Assembly: GCA_964016885.1 (NCBI GenBank)
Contig: OZ024741.1
Location: forward strand, 56,792,001 to 56,856,000
DNA: 64,000 nt
DNA from: Eledone cirrhosa
Lineage: Eukaryota
Direction of reading: 5' to 3'
Shown here: one piece after another, positions 16,477 to 30,689 of the stretch
Numbering within the stretch: position 1 is the first letter of the stretch
Layout of the letters: each line of letters starts with the position of its first letter
Made by a program: the position numbers and the translations under genes
Notes under the pieces: generated by a model
What the model was told of the DNA's origin: nothing
Seen by the model: the letters and a program-made list of their open reading frames with translations, nothing else
Database searches by the model: none

Positions 16477-18061
16477 TGTGTGTGTGTGTGCTAGTGAGAG
16501 AGAGAGAAGGAAGTTAATGGTACTAAAGGAATAGGAATAGCAGACGAGAAAAGTTATGAAATATGGGGGGGGGGAGACGTGTGAAAACCAATGGTAGGTA
16601 TAATATATAGCGAAAAGAATAGCTTTAAAAACAAAGTCTACAGTTGTTGTTTTGCGGCTGAACGAATCATGTGGTTGCTTGAGAGCAAAAGGAATGTAAC
16701 ATTGAGAGATGAGCAGGAGAAAGAGATAGATAGATCGATAGAGGGGGGGGGGGATACACAGAAAGAGAGAGACGGGGAGAGAGAGAGAGATAGAGAGAGA
16801 CCCTACATTTCTATTAGGTGGAAAAGTGAGGGGAAGGTTGCGCGGGGCGAGGGAGGGCGGATCAGGGCGGAACATAGGAGGAGAAATGGAAGAGGATAAT
16901 GAAAGGATGAGAGAATGAATAATGATAAAAAAAGAAAATGAAGAAACATGCAAGGAAACTGAGTACAGAGGTGGGGTGGAGAGGAATATATATGTAAAGC
17001 AATGAAAGCGAAAGTAAAAGTAACAGGTGACGAGGCGCGAACAACAAATTTGTTTTTTATTCGTATCACTAACGACAGCAGGAAACTATTTGCCGGCATT
17101 TAGGGTTGTTTCACCTTCTCAAAAATATGTCTTTGTATTTCTGTGTATATCTGTGTGTGTATCTAAGCGTGTGTGTGGCTGTGTGTAGGGCAAACAGTGA
17201 AATGAAATGGATCTCAGTCGGTTTCGACGAGGAGTTTTTCAGTTGTTATTTAATCAACATAACAGTCTGCCTGCTCGTAAAATTAACAAGCAAGTCAAGT
17301 GTCTGTATATTCCATAGATATGTGTATATATGTATCTCTTAAAGTAATTCTTAAAGGGATGTGACAAGGTTGGCCCTTTGAATTTCAGATACTGTCCATT
17401 CCACGGGCTTCCAAACAGTTTCCGTCTACCCAATTTCAATTCCATTCACAAGAGGTAAGTCAACCCGAGTTTGTGGTAAATGACAGTTGCCAAAGATGTC
17501 ATGCAATGGAATAGAACCTGGGACCTTGAACAGTTAATAAATGTATGGATGGCAACATTGAATCAATTGACTGGGGTGAGGAGGAAATATCTGGCATGTA
17601 TTTCCCTAAAACATATTAAAATAACGCAGCAGGAGTATAAGTGCTGTTGCTGTTTACTATTACTACTGCTACTTCACACGAGTTACCAAAGAAGTAATGT
17701 CTACGAACGTGGTTTCCCGACATGCTAGAAATAGCAATCAAATTTCCCTTCAATCACGTTGGGTTCCTCTGCCTATTTGACGGTATGGTCGCGACTGAGG
17801 TGCCTTGAATATTATACAGTCATACACACACACACAAAAACACAAGCGCAGAGAAAAACACACAAGTGTACAAACACACGCGCATATAAACACATAAACA
17901 CACACAAACACACACACAGACACATAAACACACATTGACACACATACACTCACAGACACTCATACACACACACTTTGTTCTTTGGGAGCGCCGTGTTGCC
18001 AATAAGCACACATGCACCAGTCGGATTTCATTTCGTTATTTATTATTATTAGCTAATTAAT

Positions 18062-18270
18062 AGGGCGGTGGATTGGCAGAATTGGTAGAGCGTCGGACAC
18101 CATGCTTTGCAGCATAAAGTTACAGCTCTTTACGTTCTGAATTCAAATTCCGCCGATGTTAACTTTTCCTTTTATCCTTGCAGGGTCGATAAAATAAAGT
18201 ACTAGTAATGTACTGGGGTAGATTTAATCGACTTCAAATTGCTGGCCTTGTGCCTAAATCATAAACAATT
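18062..18270 (+). mobile_element. tRNA-derived SINE with Meta/MESC-like core
   Basis: A-box-like tggcagaattggtagagcg and B-box-like gaattcaaattcc, core cttttatccttgcagggtcgataaaataaagtac, tail ttgctggccttgtgcc. Confidence 0.75.
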
Positions 18271-18529
18271 AGTTAGATAAATAATCCATTACTCGGTTAG
18301 TTTACTAACTGAATGGTAATTTAGTAGTTATACAGATTGTCAAAGCCCTTTCGTCACATTCTATGATGTTCCCAACGACTGTGTATCGCTTCTTCATTTT
18401 GTTTTGTTTACACCATCTTGTCTTTCTGATTATGTATATTTGTATGTATGTATGCATGCATACGTGCACACGCACGCACACACACACACATATATATATA
18501 TATATGTAATATATATTAGTATTATATAA

Positions 18530-18728
<199 letters not shown>

Positions 18729-18764
18729 AAAACAACTTATAACTTTAGGCCTACTGTGACCACT

Positions 18765-19221
18765 TGAGACAACATCAATGACCTCATATTCAAGATGAAG
18801 CCCCTCCTCATTTTGCACGCACTGCCCGTGAGTGGCTTGGTCCAATTTCCACGACGTTGGATAAGTCGTCGATGTCCACATGAATGACCAGGACTTGTTG
18901 CTGTGTGAGGAGGCGAAGGGAGAAGCTTATAGCTCAAAACCCAAAACCCTAACTCAACTGGAGGAACGTATTCTTCATGCTCTGACCAACATAACACCTA
19001 GGTTCCTGATGAAGTCAGTCGAGGATATACCCAGACAATTACAAACATTGGTAGACAACGCGGGTGCCCATGTAGAATGTTAACACTGTACTGTACTTGT
19101 ATCATTCTAATGTTCCAAATAAAATCTGTTTTATGAAAATCGATCAATAATTATAATTAATAAAATATTAACAATTTTAAATAGGGAGTTTCTTCCCTCC
19201 ATCCACCCAACTCCACCCTGA
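18765..19221 (+). mobile_element. Decayed Tc1/mariner transposase 3' fragment
   Basis: [17 protein letters not shown], then across frameshifts RRWISRRCP and [20 protein letters not shown]...PRQLQTLVDNAGAHVE; ends in caccctg, a TIR-like terminus. Confidence 0.8.
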
Positions 19222-19462
19222 ATATATAATACTAATGATAATTATATATGATAATGGTTTTCCGTTGAGGAGCGAAAGGAGGCCACTGTTATAAACAGCA
19301 CTCAATAGAGTAGAGAAGGTACAGAAATTATATCCAATATAAATTATTTTCGAGGGACTGGTTCTGTTTCAGTTAGTTGGAATTATCAGGAAAGCTTTCC
19401 TGGTGATTTCAACCGAATGAAGCAATAAAACTACTCCTGTAGAAGTAATTTCTATTTGAAAT

Positions 19463-19513
<51 letters not shown>

Positions 19514-19515
19514 AC

Positions 19516-19638
<123 letters not shown>

Positions 19639-19785
19639 GTATATATAAGCAGAAGCGATATTCAATTTGTTGGTAATTCAACAAATATAAATGTTTATAA
19701 CTGATTCAGAGCACTCGACAAGTTTTCTGGAGAATAATAATCAATGATATTAAATAAATGGAAACTATATTTATAAAACCATATT

Positions 19786-19846
19786 TATTCTGTTATATAT
19801 ATTTCGAGGGTACCAAAACTTTGGTACGCTATCATCAGATAAAATA
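19786..19846 (-). ncRNA. Hammerhead family B (left arm of inverted repeat 19745-20135)
   Basis: Reverse complement: tattttat CTGATGA tagcgtacc aaagttttt ggtaccctc GAA ATATATAT A acagaata. Confidence 0.65.
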
Positions 19847-20030
19847 CGAAGTGTGTTTTATAAATTTTGACATAACCAAGGAAAATATACCTTAACGAAT
19901 CAACTATCCAAGGAAAACTTGAACCGTTAATATATATACTCTTTTACTCTTTTACCTGTTTCAGCCATCCGGCTGAGGCCATGCTGGGGCACCGCCCTTG
20001 GTTATGTCAACATTTATAAAACACACTTCG

Positions 20031-20091
20031 TATTTTATCTGATGATAGCGTACCAAAATTTTGGTACCCTCGAAATATATATAACAGAATA
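20031..20091 (+). ncRNA. Hammerhead family B (right arm)
   Basis: tattttat CTGATGA tagcgtaccaaaattttggtaccctc GAA ATATATAT A acagaata. Confidence 0.65.
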
Positions 20092-20135
20092 AATATTGTT
20101 TTATAAATATAGTCTCCATTTATTTAATATCATTG

Positions 20136-20280
<145 letters not shown>

Positions 20281-20298
20281 GTATATATATATATACAC

Positions 20299-20349
<51 letters not shown>

Positions 20350-20438
20350 GAGAGATAGAGAGAGATGTAAAATATCCACTCTGCATTGAGAACTCTGATG
20401 ATTAGTTGTCTCCACAGTCACAGCACCGCGCAGACTCT

Positions 20439-20487
<49 letters not shown>

Positions 20488-20510
20488 TACAATAAATATA
20501 AATATATATA

Positions 20511-20572
<62 letters not shown>

Positions 20573-20929
20573 ATATATATGTGTGTATAGAGTTGATTCA
20601 ACATAGAACGGGGAAATTTCTCTCCCCACTCACTATTGCAATCCATTTATTCGTTCTCTAAGCTCTAACACTACTGCATAGCTTCCATCAAACCAGTAAC
20701 TTTCATCAACTGTCAAATTTAGCGCCGCTTCATTCACTTCGTGAGAAGAATGACCGTGTATATATTGAAAGCGATACAGGCATGATCGTGTGGTTAATAC
20801 GTTCGCTTCGTAACAACATGTTTCCGAGTTCGATTTTATAAGGCAACAATTTGGATACGTGTAACCTACTGTTCGACTAATACATTTCAAAAATTGAATA
20901 ATGATTTCTTTACATCAATCTTCATAGAC

Positions 20930-21145
20930 AATAATAACTCTTTCTCATGTCGGTACAAGGCCAGTAATTTTTGGGAAAGGAAAATCGATTTTATCGACCC
21001 AAGTACTTAACTGGTACTATAATTTATCGACCCCGGAAACATGAAAGGCAACTTAACATCAGCGAGGTTGAACTCAGAACTTAGAAAGTCGTTACTAAAT
21101 ACTGCAAAGCATTTTTGTGCTCCAGATACTGCCAATCCACCGCCC
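20930..21145 (-). mobile_element. SINE, same family as 18062
   Basis: Reverse complement of core (ggtactataatttatcgaccccggaaacatgaaaggcaa) and tail (acaaggccagtaattt). Confidence 0.7.
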
Positions 21146-21493
21146 ATATTTTTGTCTTTTAAATACAAGCTATTGTTCATAAAATATTTGAAAGTAATAC
21201 AAATAGAAATAAATATAATTCACAGACCACCAACATCGCTACCACAAGGCCTAGACAATGTGCGAGAACGCTGTCCGATGTGCAGAACTCCGGGCGCATG
21301 TCACCCCATAGTCCTAGCGGACAGTAGAGAAATAGTTACACTAGAGGATAACCAGAGAGATACATCGAAATAGCCATTCCAACTCACGGGGTTTGCACCT
21401 GCGCGTGGTTAACTATCTCTATAACAGTGAGTAGGGAGGTAATACCCACTGGAAGGTGTGTCTGAGAACTCTGCCCCACGATCCTCGCAGGGA

Positions 21494-21623
21494 GAAGAAG
21501 AAGAAGAAGAAGAAGAAGAAGAAGAAGAAGAAGAAGAAGAAGAAGAAGAAGAAGAAGAAGAAGAAGAAGAAGAAGAAGAAGAAGAAGAAGAAGAAGAAGA
21601 AGAAGAAGAAGAAGAAGAAGAAG
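21494..21623. repeat. (GAA)n tract of about 43 units
   Basis: Direct reading. Confidence 0.95.
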
Positions 21624-21821
21624 ATAACAACTGTGATCACTCGTTTCGTTTTGTTTCGTCTTGGACCGTTTCAGCTTCCCAACTGAAAAGAGGGCATCAG
21701 CTCTCAAATAGCATGCTAAAATACATTGCTTATAAAAAATCTATCTGTATTTTACTACATATCTCACAATGTTTCGTATTAACTACACTACTGTGTGTGT
21801 GTGATAGCGGGAGAGAGAGAG

Positions 21822-21900
<79 letters not shown>

Positions 21901-22109
21901 GTTCATGTGCAACTTCCGCAGACGATATCGGTGAAAGATAACGGTTCTAGCGAGAAAAATGATCAACAGATGCTTTGGGAATGCTGTTCCTTGAGATATT
22001 CTTTCTGCCCCGTGTTTATGACATTCCTCCGTCACTCTCACTACTAGAAATACAGTGATCCACCGACTGGGACCGCAGGAGAGCTGTTAACCAATTATGA
22101 TATAAAATA

Positions 22110-25100
22110 AAGAAACGGACTGATTATCAGATCGGACAAAGGAACGGATTGATCATCAGATTGGACAAAGGAACGGATTGATTATCAGATTGGACAAAGA
22201 AACGGACTGATCATCAGATCGGACAAAGAAACGGACTGATCATCAGATCGGACAAAGAAACGGATTGATCATCAGAATGGACAAAGGAACGGACTGATCA
22301 TCAGATCGGACAAAGGAATGGACTGATCATCAGATCGGACAAAGAAACGGACTGATCATCAGATCGGACAAAGGAACGGACTGATCATCAGATCGGACAA
22401 AGAAACGGATTGATCATCAGATCGGACAAAGGAACGGACTGATCATCAGATCGGACAAAGAAACAGATTGATCATCAGATCGGACAAAGAAACAGATTGA
22501 TCATCAGATTGGACAAAGGAACGGACTGATCATCAGATCGGACAAAGGAACGGACTGATCATCAGATCGGACAAAGAAACGGACTGATCATCAGATCGGA
22601 CAAGGAACGGACTGATCATCAGATCGGACAAAGGAACGGACTGATCATCAGATCGGACAAAGAAACAGATTGATCATCAGATCGGACAAAGAAACAGATT
22701 GATCATCAGATTGGACAAAGGAACGGACTGATCATCAGATCGGACAAAGAAACGGACTGATCATCAGATCGGACAAAGGAACGGACTGATCATCAGATCG
22801 GACAAAGGAACGGACTGATCATCAGATTGGACAAAGGAACGGACTGATCATCAGATCGGACAAAGGAACGGACTGATCATCAGATCGGACAAAGAAACAG
22901 ATTGATCATCAGATCGGACAAAGAAACAGATTGATCATCAGATTGGACAAAGGAACGGACTGATCATCAGATCGGACAAAGAAACGGACTGATCATCAGA
23001 TCGGACAAAGAAATGGATTGATCATCAGATCGGACAAAGAAACGGACTGATCATCAGATCGGACAAAGGAACGGACTGATCATCAGATCGGACAAAGAAA
23101 CGGACTGATCATCAGATCGGACAAAGAAACGGATTGATCATCAGATCGGACAAAGAAACGGATTGATCATCAGATTGGACAAAGGAATGGACTGATCATC
23201 AGATCGGACAAAGAAACGGACTGATCATCAGATCGGACAAAGGAATGGACTGATCATCAGATCGGACAAAGGAATGGACTGATCATCAGATCGGACAAAG
23301 AAACGGCCTGATCATCAGATCGGACAAAGGAACGGACTGATCATCAGATCGGACAAAGAAACGGACTGATCATCAGATCGGACAAAGAAACGGATTGATC
23401 ATCAGATTGGACAAAGGAACGGACTGATCATCAGATCGGACAAAGAAACGGACTGATCATCAGATCGGGCAAAGAAACGGATTGATCATCAGATCGGACA
23501 AAGAAACGGATTGATCATCAGATCGGACAAAGAAACGGACTGATCATCAGATCGGACAAAGAAATGGATTGATCATCAGATCGGACAAAGAAACGGACTG
23601 ATCATCAGATCGGACAAAGAAACGGACTGATCATCAGATCGGACAAAGAAACGGATTGATCATCAGATTGGACAAAGAAACGGATTGATCATCAGATTGG
23701 ACAAAGGAACGGACTGATCATCAGATTGGACAAAGGAACGGATTGATCATCAGATCGGACAAAGAAACGGATTGATCATCAGATTGGACAAAGGAACGGA
23801 CTGATCATCAGATTGGACAAAGGAACGGATTGATCATCAGATCGGACAAAGGAACGGACTGATCATCAGATCGCACAAAGAAACGGATTGATCATCAGAT
23901 CGGACAAAGAAACGGATTGATCATCAGATCGGACAAAGTAACGGACTGATCATCAGATCGGACAAAGAAATGGATTGATCATCAGATTGGAGAAAGAAAC
24001 GGATTGATCATCAGATTGGACAAAGGAACGGACTGATCATCAGATTGGACAAAGGAACGGATTGATCATCAGATTGGACAAAGGAACGGATTGATCATCA
24101 GATCGGACAAAGGAACGGGCTGATCATCAGATCGGACAAAGGAATGGACTGATCATCAGATTGGACAAAGGAACGGATTTATCATCAGATTGGAAAAAGG
24201 AACGGATTGATCATCAGATCGGACAAAGGAACGGATTGATCATCAGATCGGACAAAGGAACGGACTGATCATCAGATCGGACAAAGGAACGGACTGATCA
24301 TCAGATTGGACAAAGGAACGGATTGATTATCAGATTGGACAAAGGAACGGACTGATCATCAGATCGGACAAAGGAACGGATTGATCATGAGATCGGACAA
24401 AAAAATGGATTGATCATCAGCTCGGACAAAGAAACGGACTGATCATCAGATCGGACAAAGGAACGGACTGATCATCAGATCGGACAAAGGAACGGACTGA
24501 TCATCAGATCGGACAAAGGAACGGATTGATTATCAGATCGGACAAAGGAACGGATTGATCATCAGATCGGACAAAGAAACGGACTGATCATCAGATCGGA
24601 CAAAGGAACGGACTGATCATCAGATTGGACAAAGGAACGGACTGATCATCAGATCGGACAAAGGAACGGATTGATCATCAGATCGGACAAAGGAACGGAT
24701 TGATCATCAGATCGGACAAAGAAACGGACTGATCATCAGATCGGACAAAGGAACGGACTGATTATCAGATCGGACAAAGAAACGGATTGATCATCAGATC
24801 GGACAAAGGAACGGATTGATCATCAGATCGGACAAAGGAACGGACTGATCATCAGATCGGACAAACGAAACCATGTTTTTATAGTCCTTTCTATTACTGA
24901 TACTATCCGGTCATCGTAATTCATGACAGTAAAAAATGTATTTGTACTCGGAGCGCAAAGGAACGCAATTGGACAAAGGAACGGACTGATCATCAGATTG
25001 GACAAAGGAACGGACTGATCATCAGATCGGACAAAGGAACGGATTGATCATCAGATCGGACAAAGGAACGGATTGATCATCAGATCGGACAAAGAAACGG

Positions 25101-25442
25101 ACTGATCATCAGATCGGACAAAGGAACGGACTGATTATCAGATCGGACAAAGAAACGGACTGATCATCAGATCGGACAAAGGAACGGACTGATCATCAGA
25201 TTGGACAAAGGAACGGACTGATCATCAGATCGGACAAAGGAACGGATTGATCATCAGATCGGACAAAGGAACGGATTGATCATCAGATCGGACAAAGAAA
25301 CGGACTGATCATCAGATCGGACAAAGGAACGGACTGATTATCAGATCGGACAAAGAAACGGATTGATCATCAGATCGGACAAAGGAACGGATTGATCATC
25401 AGATCGGACAAAGGAACGGACTGATCATCAGATCGGACAAAC
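22110..25442. repeat. 29-bp tandem satellite of about 110 units, interrupted once
   Basis: Unit ggacaaagRaacggaYtgatcatcagatY; a unique segment of about 90 bp occurs at 24867 and again at 25443. Confidence 0.97.
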
Positions 25443-25784
25443 GAAACCATGTTTTTATAGTCCTTTCTATTACTGATACTATCCGGTCATCGTAATTCAT
25501 GACAGTAAAAAATGTATTTGTACTCGGAGCGCACAGAGCCAGATCAGATACTCAAAGCATCCAGTCCGAATTTTTAACAATTCTAACCGCATTTGGACTG
25601 GGTTTTATTTATCGACCATTGAAATGTTCAAAGGCAAAGTTGACTTCAGCAGAATTTGAACAGAGGGAGCTGAGACAAATACCGAATCATTTAATTAAGT
25701 GCCCCTGACAACTCTGTCAATTCGCCGCCTGGTCAGGCTTAATTCCTTCCAAAAAATGTATGTCCCTCCACTACACTAACATAA

Positions 25785-26000
25785 TAATTGTTTCTAATTT
25801 TGGCACAAGATCAGCAATTTTGGGGAGAAGGGAAAGACAATTATATCGATCCAGTAAATGACTGGTACTTTATTTTATCGATTTCGGAATGGTGAAATGC
25901 AAAGTTGACTTCGGTGGGATACGAACTAAAAGAATAAAGAGCTGGAAAAATGCTACTCTAAATTTGCCCGGCGTTCTTGCCGCTCTGCCAATCCGTCGAC
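25785..26000 (-). mobile_element. SINE, same family as 18062
   Basis: ttggcacaagatcagcaattt...ctggtactttattttatcgat...gcaaagttgacttcggtgggatacgaact. Confidence 0.7.
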
Positions 26001-26356
26001 CTCAAAAGCCAGCTTAATAATGATAAATTACTAAATCCCACCAGATTTTTGATTAGTTAAAAAAATATAATTGAAAATCATAGACAGTATATTTGATTAG
26101 AAATATGGTAACGGAAATGTTGGCGTGTATTTGTACATTAATACTAAAGAGAGGCGTATTCTAACATTCAATTCTATATAACATGTATGGCATCATTTGG
26201 GAAATAAATCTGCTGCGAGTTCAAAGGTCACGTTTATTGACATTCTTTTAAGCAGAAAACCACCAAACAATTTCATATGTATCAATTCGATGAATGTTTT
26301 TCAATCTAATAAAACGTACTACATCTAACATATGTTGGCGATTTCTTATGGGGATT

Positions 26357-26430
<74 letters not shown>

Positions 26431-26438
26431 TATACATT

Positions 26439-26537
<99 letters not shown>

Positions 26538-26616
26538 TATATATATATATACATATATATATACATATATATACATATATATATATACATATATATAGAT
26601 ATACATATATATAGAT

Positions 26617-26745
<129 letters not shown>

Positions 26746-26944
26746 ATATATATATATACGCATATAGATATGGAGAGTGTCTTATGTTCAAGGTAAACGC
26801 AGTGTATATAACTGTCTGATTGACTGATAGAGACTTAGAAAGCGAATGCTGTGTAGTTTTGTTACCGCCCACTCAATTCAAGGAGGGATAATTTAATTAA
26901 ATGCATTCAGTTCAGCAAAACGTGTTCATCCAACCACAGAAAGT

Positions 26945-27365
26945 AATAATGATTTCTACTTTAGGAATAAGGCCTGCAATTGTAGCAGAGGGGACATCCG
27001 TTATATCGACCCACTGCTTTACAGATACTTTGTTTTATTGAACCTGAAAGGATGAAAAGCAAAATTGACCTCTGCAGGATTTGATCTCAGAAATTAAAGG
27101 ACTGGAACAAATACATCAACCTTCTAACGATTCTGCCAATCTACCGCCATTAGTAATTCTAACGTTAGCAGCACAGGGACAGCAATGTGCGTGAAGAGCA
27201 ACGTTAAACATATCGACCCCATTATTTGAATGGCATTTTATTTTATCGAGCTCGGAAGGATGAAAGGCAAAAGTGAATTCGACGGAATTTGAACACAGAG
27301 AGCCGGTACGAATACCACAAAGTATTCTATCCGTGGCTGTAACGACTCAGTTAATTCGGTGCCTC
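26945..27365 (-). mobile_element. Two adjacent diverged SINE copies
   Basis: Core aaggatgaaaagcaaaattgacc / aaggatgaaaggcaaaagtg followed by gatttgatctcag / gaatttgaacacag. Confidence 0.65.
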
Positions 27366-27531
27366 CACTTATTACTTTACAATATTCAATTATCGACTAA
27401 ACAAACTTGAACCGACTTATAGATAATCCTTATGATACTTTTAATAGTTTCAATTATTAGACTGCGACCATGCTAGAGTACCGACTTGAAGAGATGTAGT
27501 CGATGAAATCGCCTCCAATACTCATTCATTA

Positions 27532-27655
27532 CGGAGTTCAAATCCCGCCGAGGTTAACTTTGCCTTTCATCCTTACGGGGTCGATAAAATAAAGTACCAG
27601 TAATACCCTGGGATAATTGCTGGCCTTGTGCCAAAAGTAGAAACAATTATTATTT
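27532..27655 (+). mobile_element. 5'-truncated SINE
   Basis: gagttcaaatcccgccgaggttaactttgcctttcatccttacggggtcgataaaataaagtaccag...ttgctggccttgtgcc. Confidence 0.75.
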
Positions 27656-28061
27656 TTTCAAGTCTGGTACATTTTTATCGATCATTTTTGTTGAAGCGCT
27701 AGGTTATGAGATATAAACGAACAGTAAATATAAATACACACAAATACGCATATGCCCTCACCTAAAGAACGTATATATATTCATACATAGATACATATAT
27801 ATATATATATATATATAATTCCATTATCATTACAAGGAGTCTGCCGAGCCGCGTATTACAGAGTCTGGATAGATCGATACAGATCGAACCTTGAGCTGAT
27901 TAGTGGCGAAACGCGCGTCACCAACCAATAAACGTAATGAAGGAGTAACCAATCGTCCTTGTTATTTTATTTCACTATAATACACTCTGTCTAGCTCTAG
28001 TGAACCTAAACATCGAGTGCTCACGCGGGTGAACCTACAGTAACTCCAAGTTACACTCCCT

Positions 28062-28128
<67 letters not shown>

Positions 28129-28326
28129 ATGTAAGCTATCGCCGTATTTTGACTAAAGAAATTAAGGAAATTATTTAGCCTGATAGTGGGGTTAAGAACC
28201 CTCGGAGAAATGGAAAAAGATGAGTATTGACGTACGTCAATACTCATCTTTTGTCAAAATACGGCGATAGCTTACATTTCTAATAATTTCAAACCCCCCA
28301 CTCGCTGTTTCGAAAATATTCTTACT

Positions 28327-28412
<86 letters not shown>

Positions 28413-28665
28413 GTTGAGACAGTAAACAAAAAACAAAAAAAAAATGGAAGCGAAGAGGCAGTACAAATGTTAATATTAGTTTCACGCTGAGAGTGGGGGG
28501 GGGGGGGGCGTGTAGGACGACGTTTGGGGCATAAGCCCTTCATGAGGAGAAAAGTGGGCAGGAAGAGAGTTCCGAAGGTGTGTGGGGGAGTGGTGGAAAA
28601 ACATAAGGGGGTGGGGGGTAGAGAGTAAAAAAAATAAAAAATAAAAAGAAACAAGTGAAAGGGTA

Positions 28666-28715
<50 letters not shown>

Positions 28716-29780
28716 ATGTATATATATATATATGAGTTTATCCCGGGTTTAATCGGGAATAACCACAGTAAGTAAGGTACTCAATGCAAAGCAGAGTATA
28801 AATATTAAATATAGAAATGGCTTATAGAAGGACTAGAACTGTTTCATTCGGGAGAAATCATCTTATATAATGGGTAAGATATCCAAGATGAAAAGGTTGA
28901 GACATTTATCTTACACGTAGTTCTCCAAGAATGAGTGGAAGAAATAGAAATTGTGTTAAACCTCACTCAAGCGGCATTATTTATATATTATAAACTGAAT
29001 ATTGACTCCAGGGAATTTGGTATTAAAAATTAATTTCAATCAATTCTGTGTATTCATAGACTTATCAAATTATATATAAATAAGTATTGTCAACTCGAAG
29101 CTACTGTAAAAGACACCCAATGTACCATTCAGTGGGGCTGAACCCGAAACCACGTGATTGCGGACCAATGTCCCTAACCTGCTTTTGTCTTTAATTTACC
29201 AGTAAAATTTTAATTTTGGTTTACATTCCAATTCAATTCTCTACTTTTTTAAAACATGTTTTAGCTTCTTTTTATTAAATTGATTTCACACCCACATCCA
29301 AAATGGCGGTAAATACTAGCAACTTCAAAGGTGGATTCAATCGAATAAATCTTGCCTTACAATATATGTGACTTTGTGTGTCAATACAAGAAATCAATAC
29401 AGCCATAGGGATATGACAAGAACTATGTATTAAAAAATAACAGAGAAAACACTCCGGAGTATTTGACTTCGCGACCTCGTTATAATTTCTATTTGCACGT
29501 TAGTACACTCAACTTACTCCAATAATACCCTTTAGTCATGCATGACTATCAACGATATCTGGTTTTCCTCCATCATATATGAGTGGCATACATAGATACA
29601 TATATATATATATATATACATACATACATATATATAGATACATACGTACATATGTACATACATACATACGTACGTACGTACATACAAACATACATACATA
29701 CAGTCATACATACATAAGTAAATGTATGCTCACATACACACACACAGACATATATATATCTATATATACATATATATATA

Positions 29781-30101
29781 TATTATTAGAAATGTAAGCT
29801 ATCGCCGTATTTTGACTAAAGAAATTAAAGAAATTATTTCGCCTGATAGTGGGGTTAAGAACCCTCGGAGAAATGGAAAAAAGATGAGTATTGACGTACA
29901 TGGGAGTCGAACCCATATAACCAAAGATGTGGGTTCGACTCCCATGTACGTCAATACTCATCTTTTTTCTATTTCTCCGAGGGTTCTTAACCCCACTATC
30001 AGGCTAAATAATTTCTTTAATTTCTTTAGTCAAAATACGGCGATAGCTTACATTTCTAATAATTTCAAATCAACTCGCTGTTTCGAAAATATTCTTACTT
30101 G
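29781..30101. repeat. Near-perfect foldback element (arms about 135 bp); partial copy at 28120-28330
   Basis: 29781-29915 is the reverse complement of 29927-30061; the centre carries gggttcgactccc (tRNA B-box-like). Confidence 0.85.
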
Positions 30102-30445
30102 ATATATATATATGAAAAATGGCGTGCTGCGTGGTTGCACATGGGTTACATATGAATAAAATTAGTCCTTCATCAGTGATCTTCCAGCCTTCATTGGTAT
30201 TTCTTCGTTATAAAGATCATATACTTCTGGTTGGTGCGAGCAATAACTAAAGAAAGTTATTGGGACACGTAAAATAGGGTGAAGCGAGCGAGACATGTAA
30301 ACAAACATAGATGGTAATGCAACGGAAAGATAGGAAGAGGAGAAACAAGTCCGTGATATCTGTGAACTTAAGTTCGGTGAAATCATAGACGAGGAGATAT
30401 ATATATATATACATACGTACATATGTAATATATATATATATATTC

Positions 30446-30678
30446 TGTAAGGTGGTCGTGTAGGAGATACGGTAAAAAGGCTCCCAGTCCACACTGTAAA
30501 TGTGGTTGGTGTTAGGAAGGAAGGCCATCCAGCTGTAAAAAACCTGCCAGAGACACTTCCGTGCGAGCGAGAGACACGGTCTCCCGACCATTCCCGCGTC
30601 AAATGGAACAAAACCTTCTAACCCATGTTAGCGTGGAAGATGGAGTAAAACGAGGATGATGATGATGATGATGATGAT
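30446..30678 (+). mobile_element. RTE 3'-UTR fragment or RTE-tail SINE
   Basis: Matches 8540-8815 (cccagtccacactgtaaa, gttggtgttaggaagg, aacccatg.tagcgtggaaga) and ends in (GAT)n. Confidence 0.8.
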
Positions 30679-30689
30679 ATATATATATA

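Noticed and set aside
22110-25442. 29-bp array as a CRISPR array or hammerhead tandem (CTGATGA occurs on the minus strand in each unit)
   Set aside because: Contiguous repeats with no unique spacers and no cas genes; no GAAA or stems on the same strand as CTGATGA
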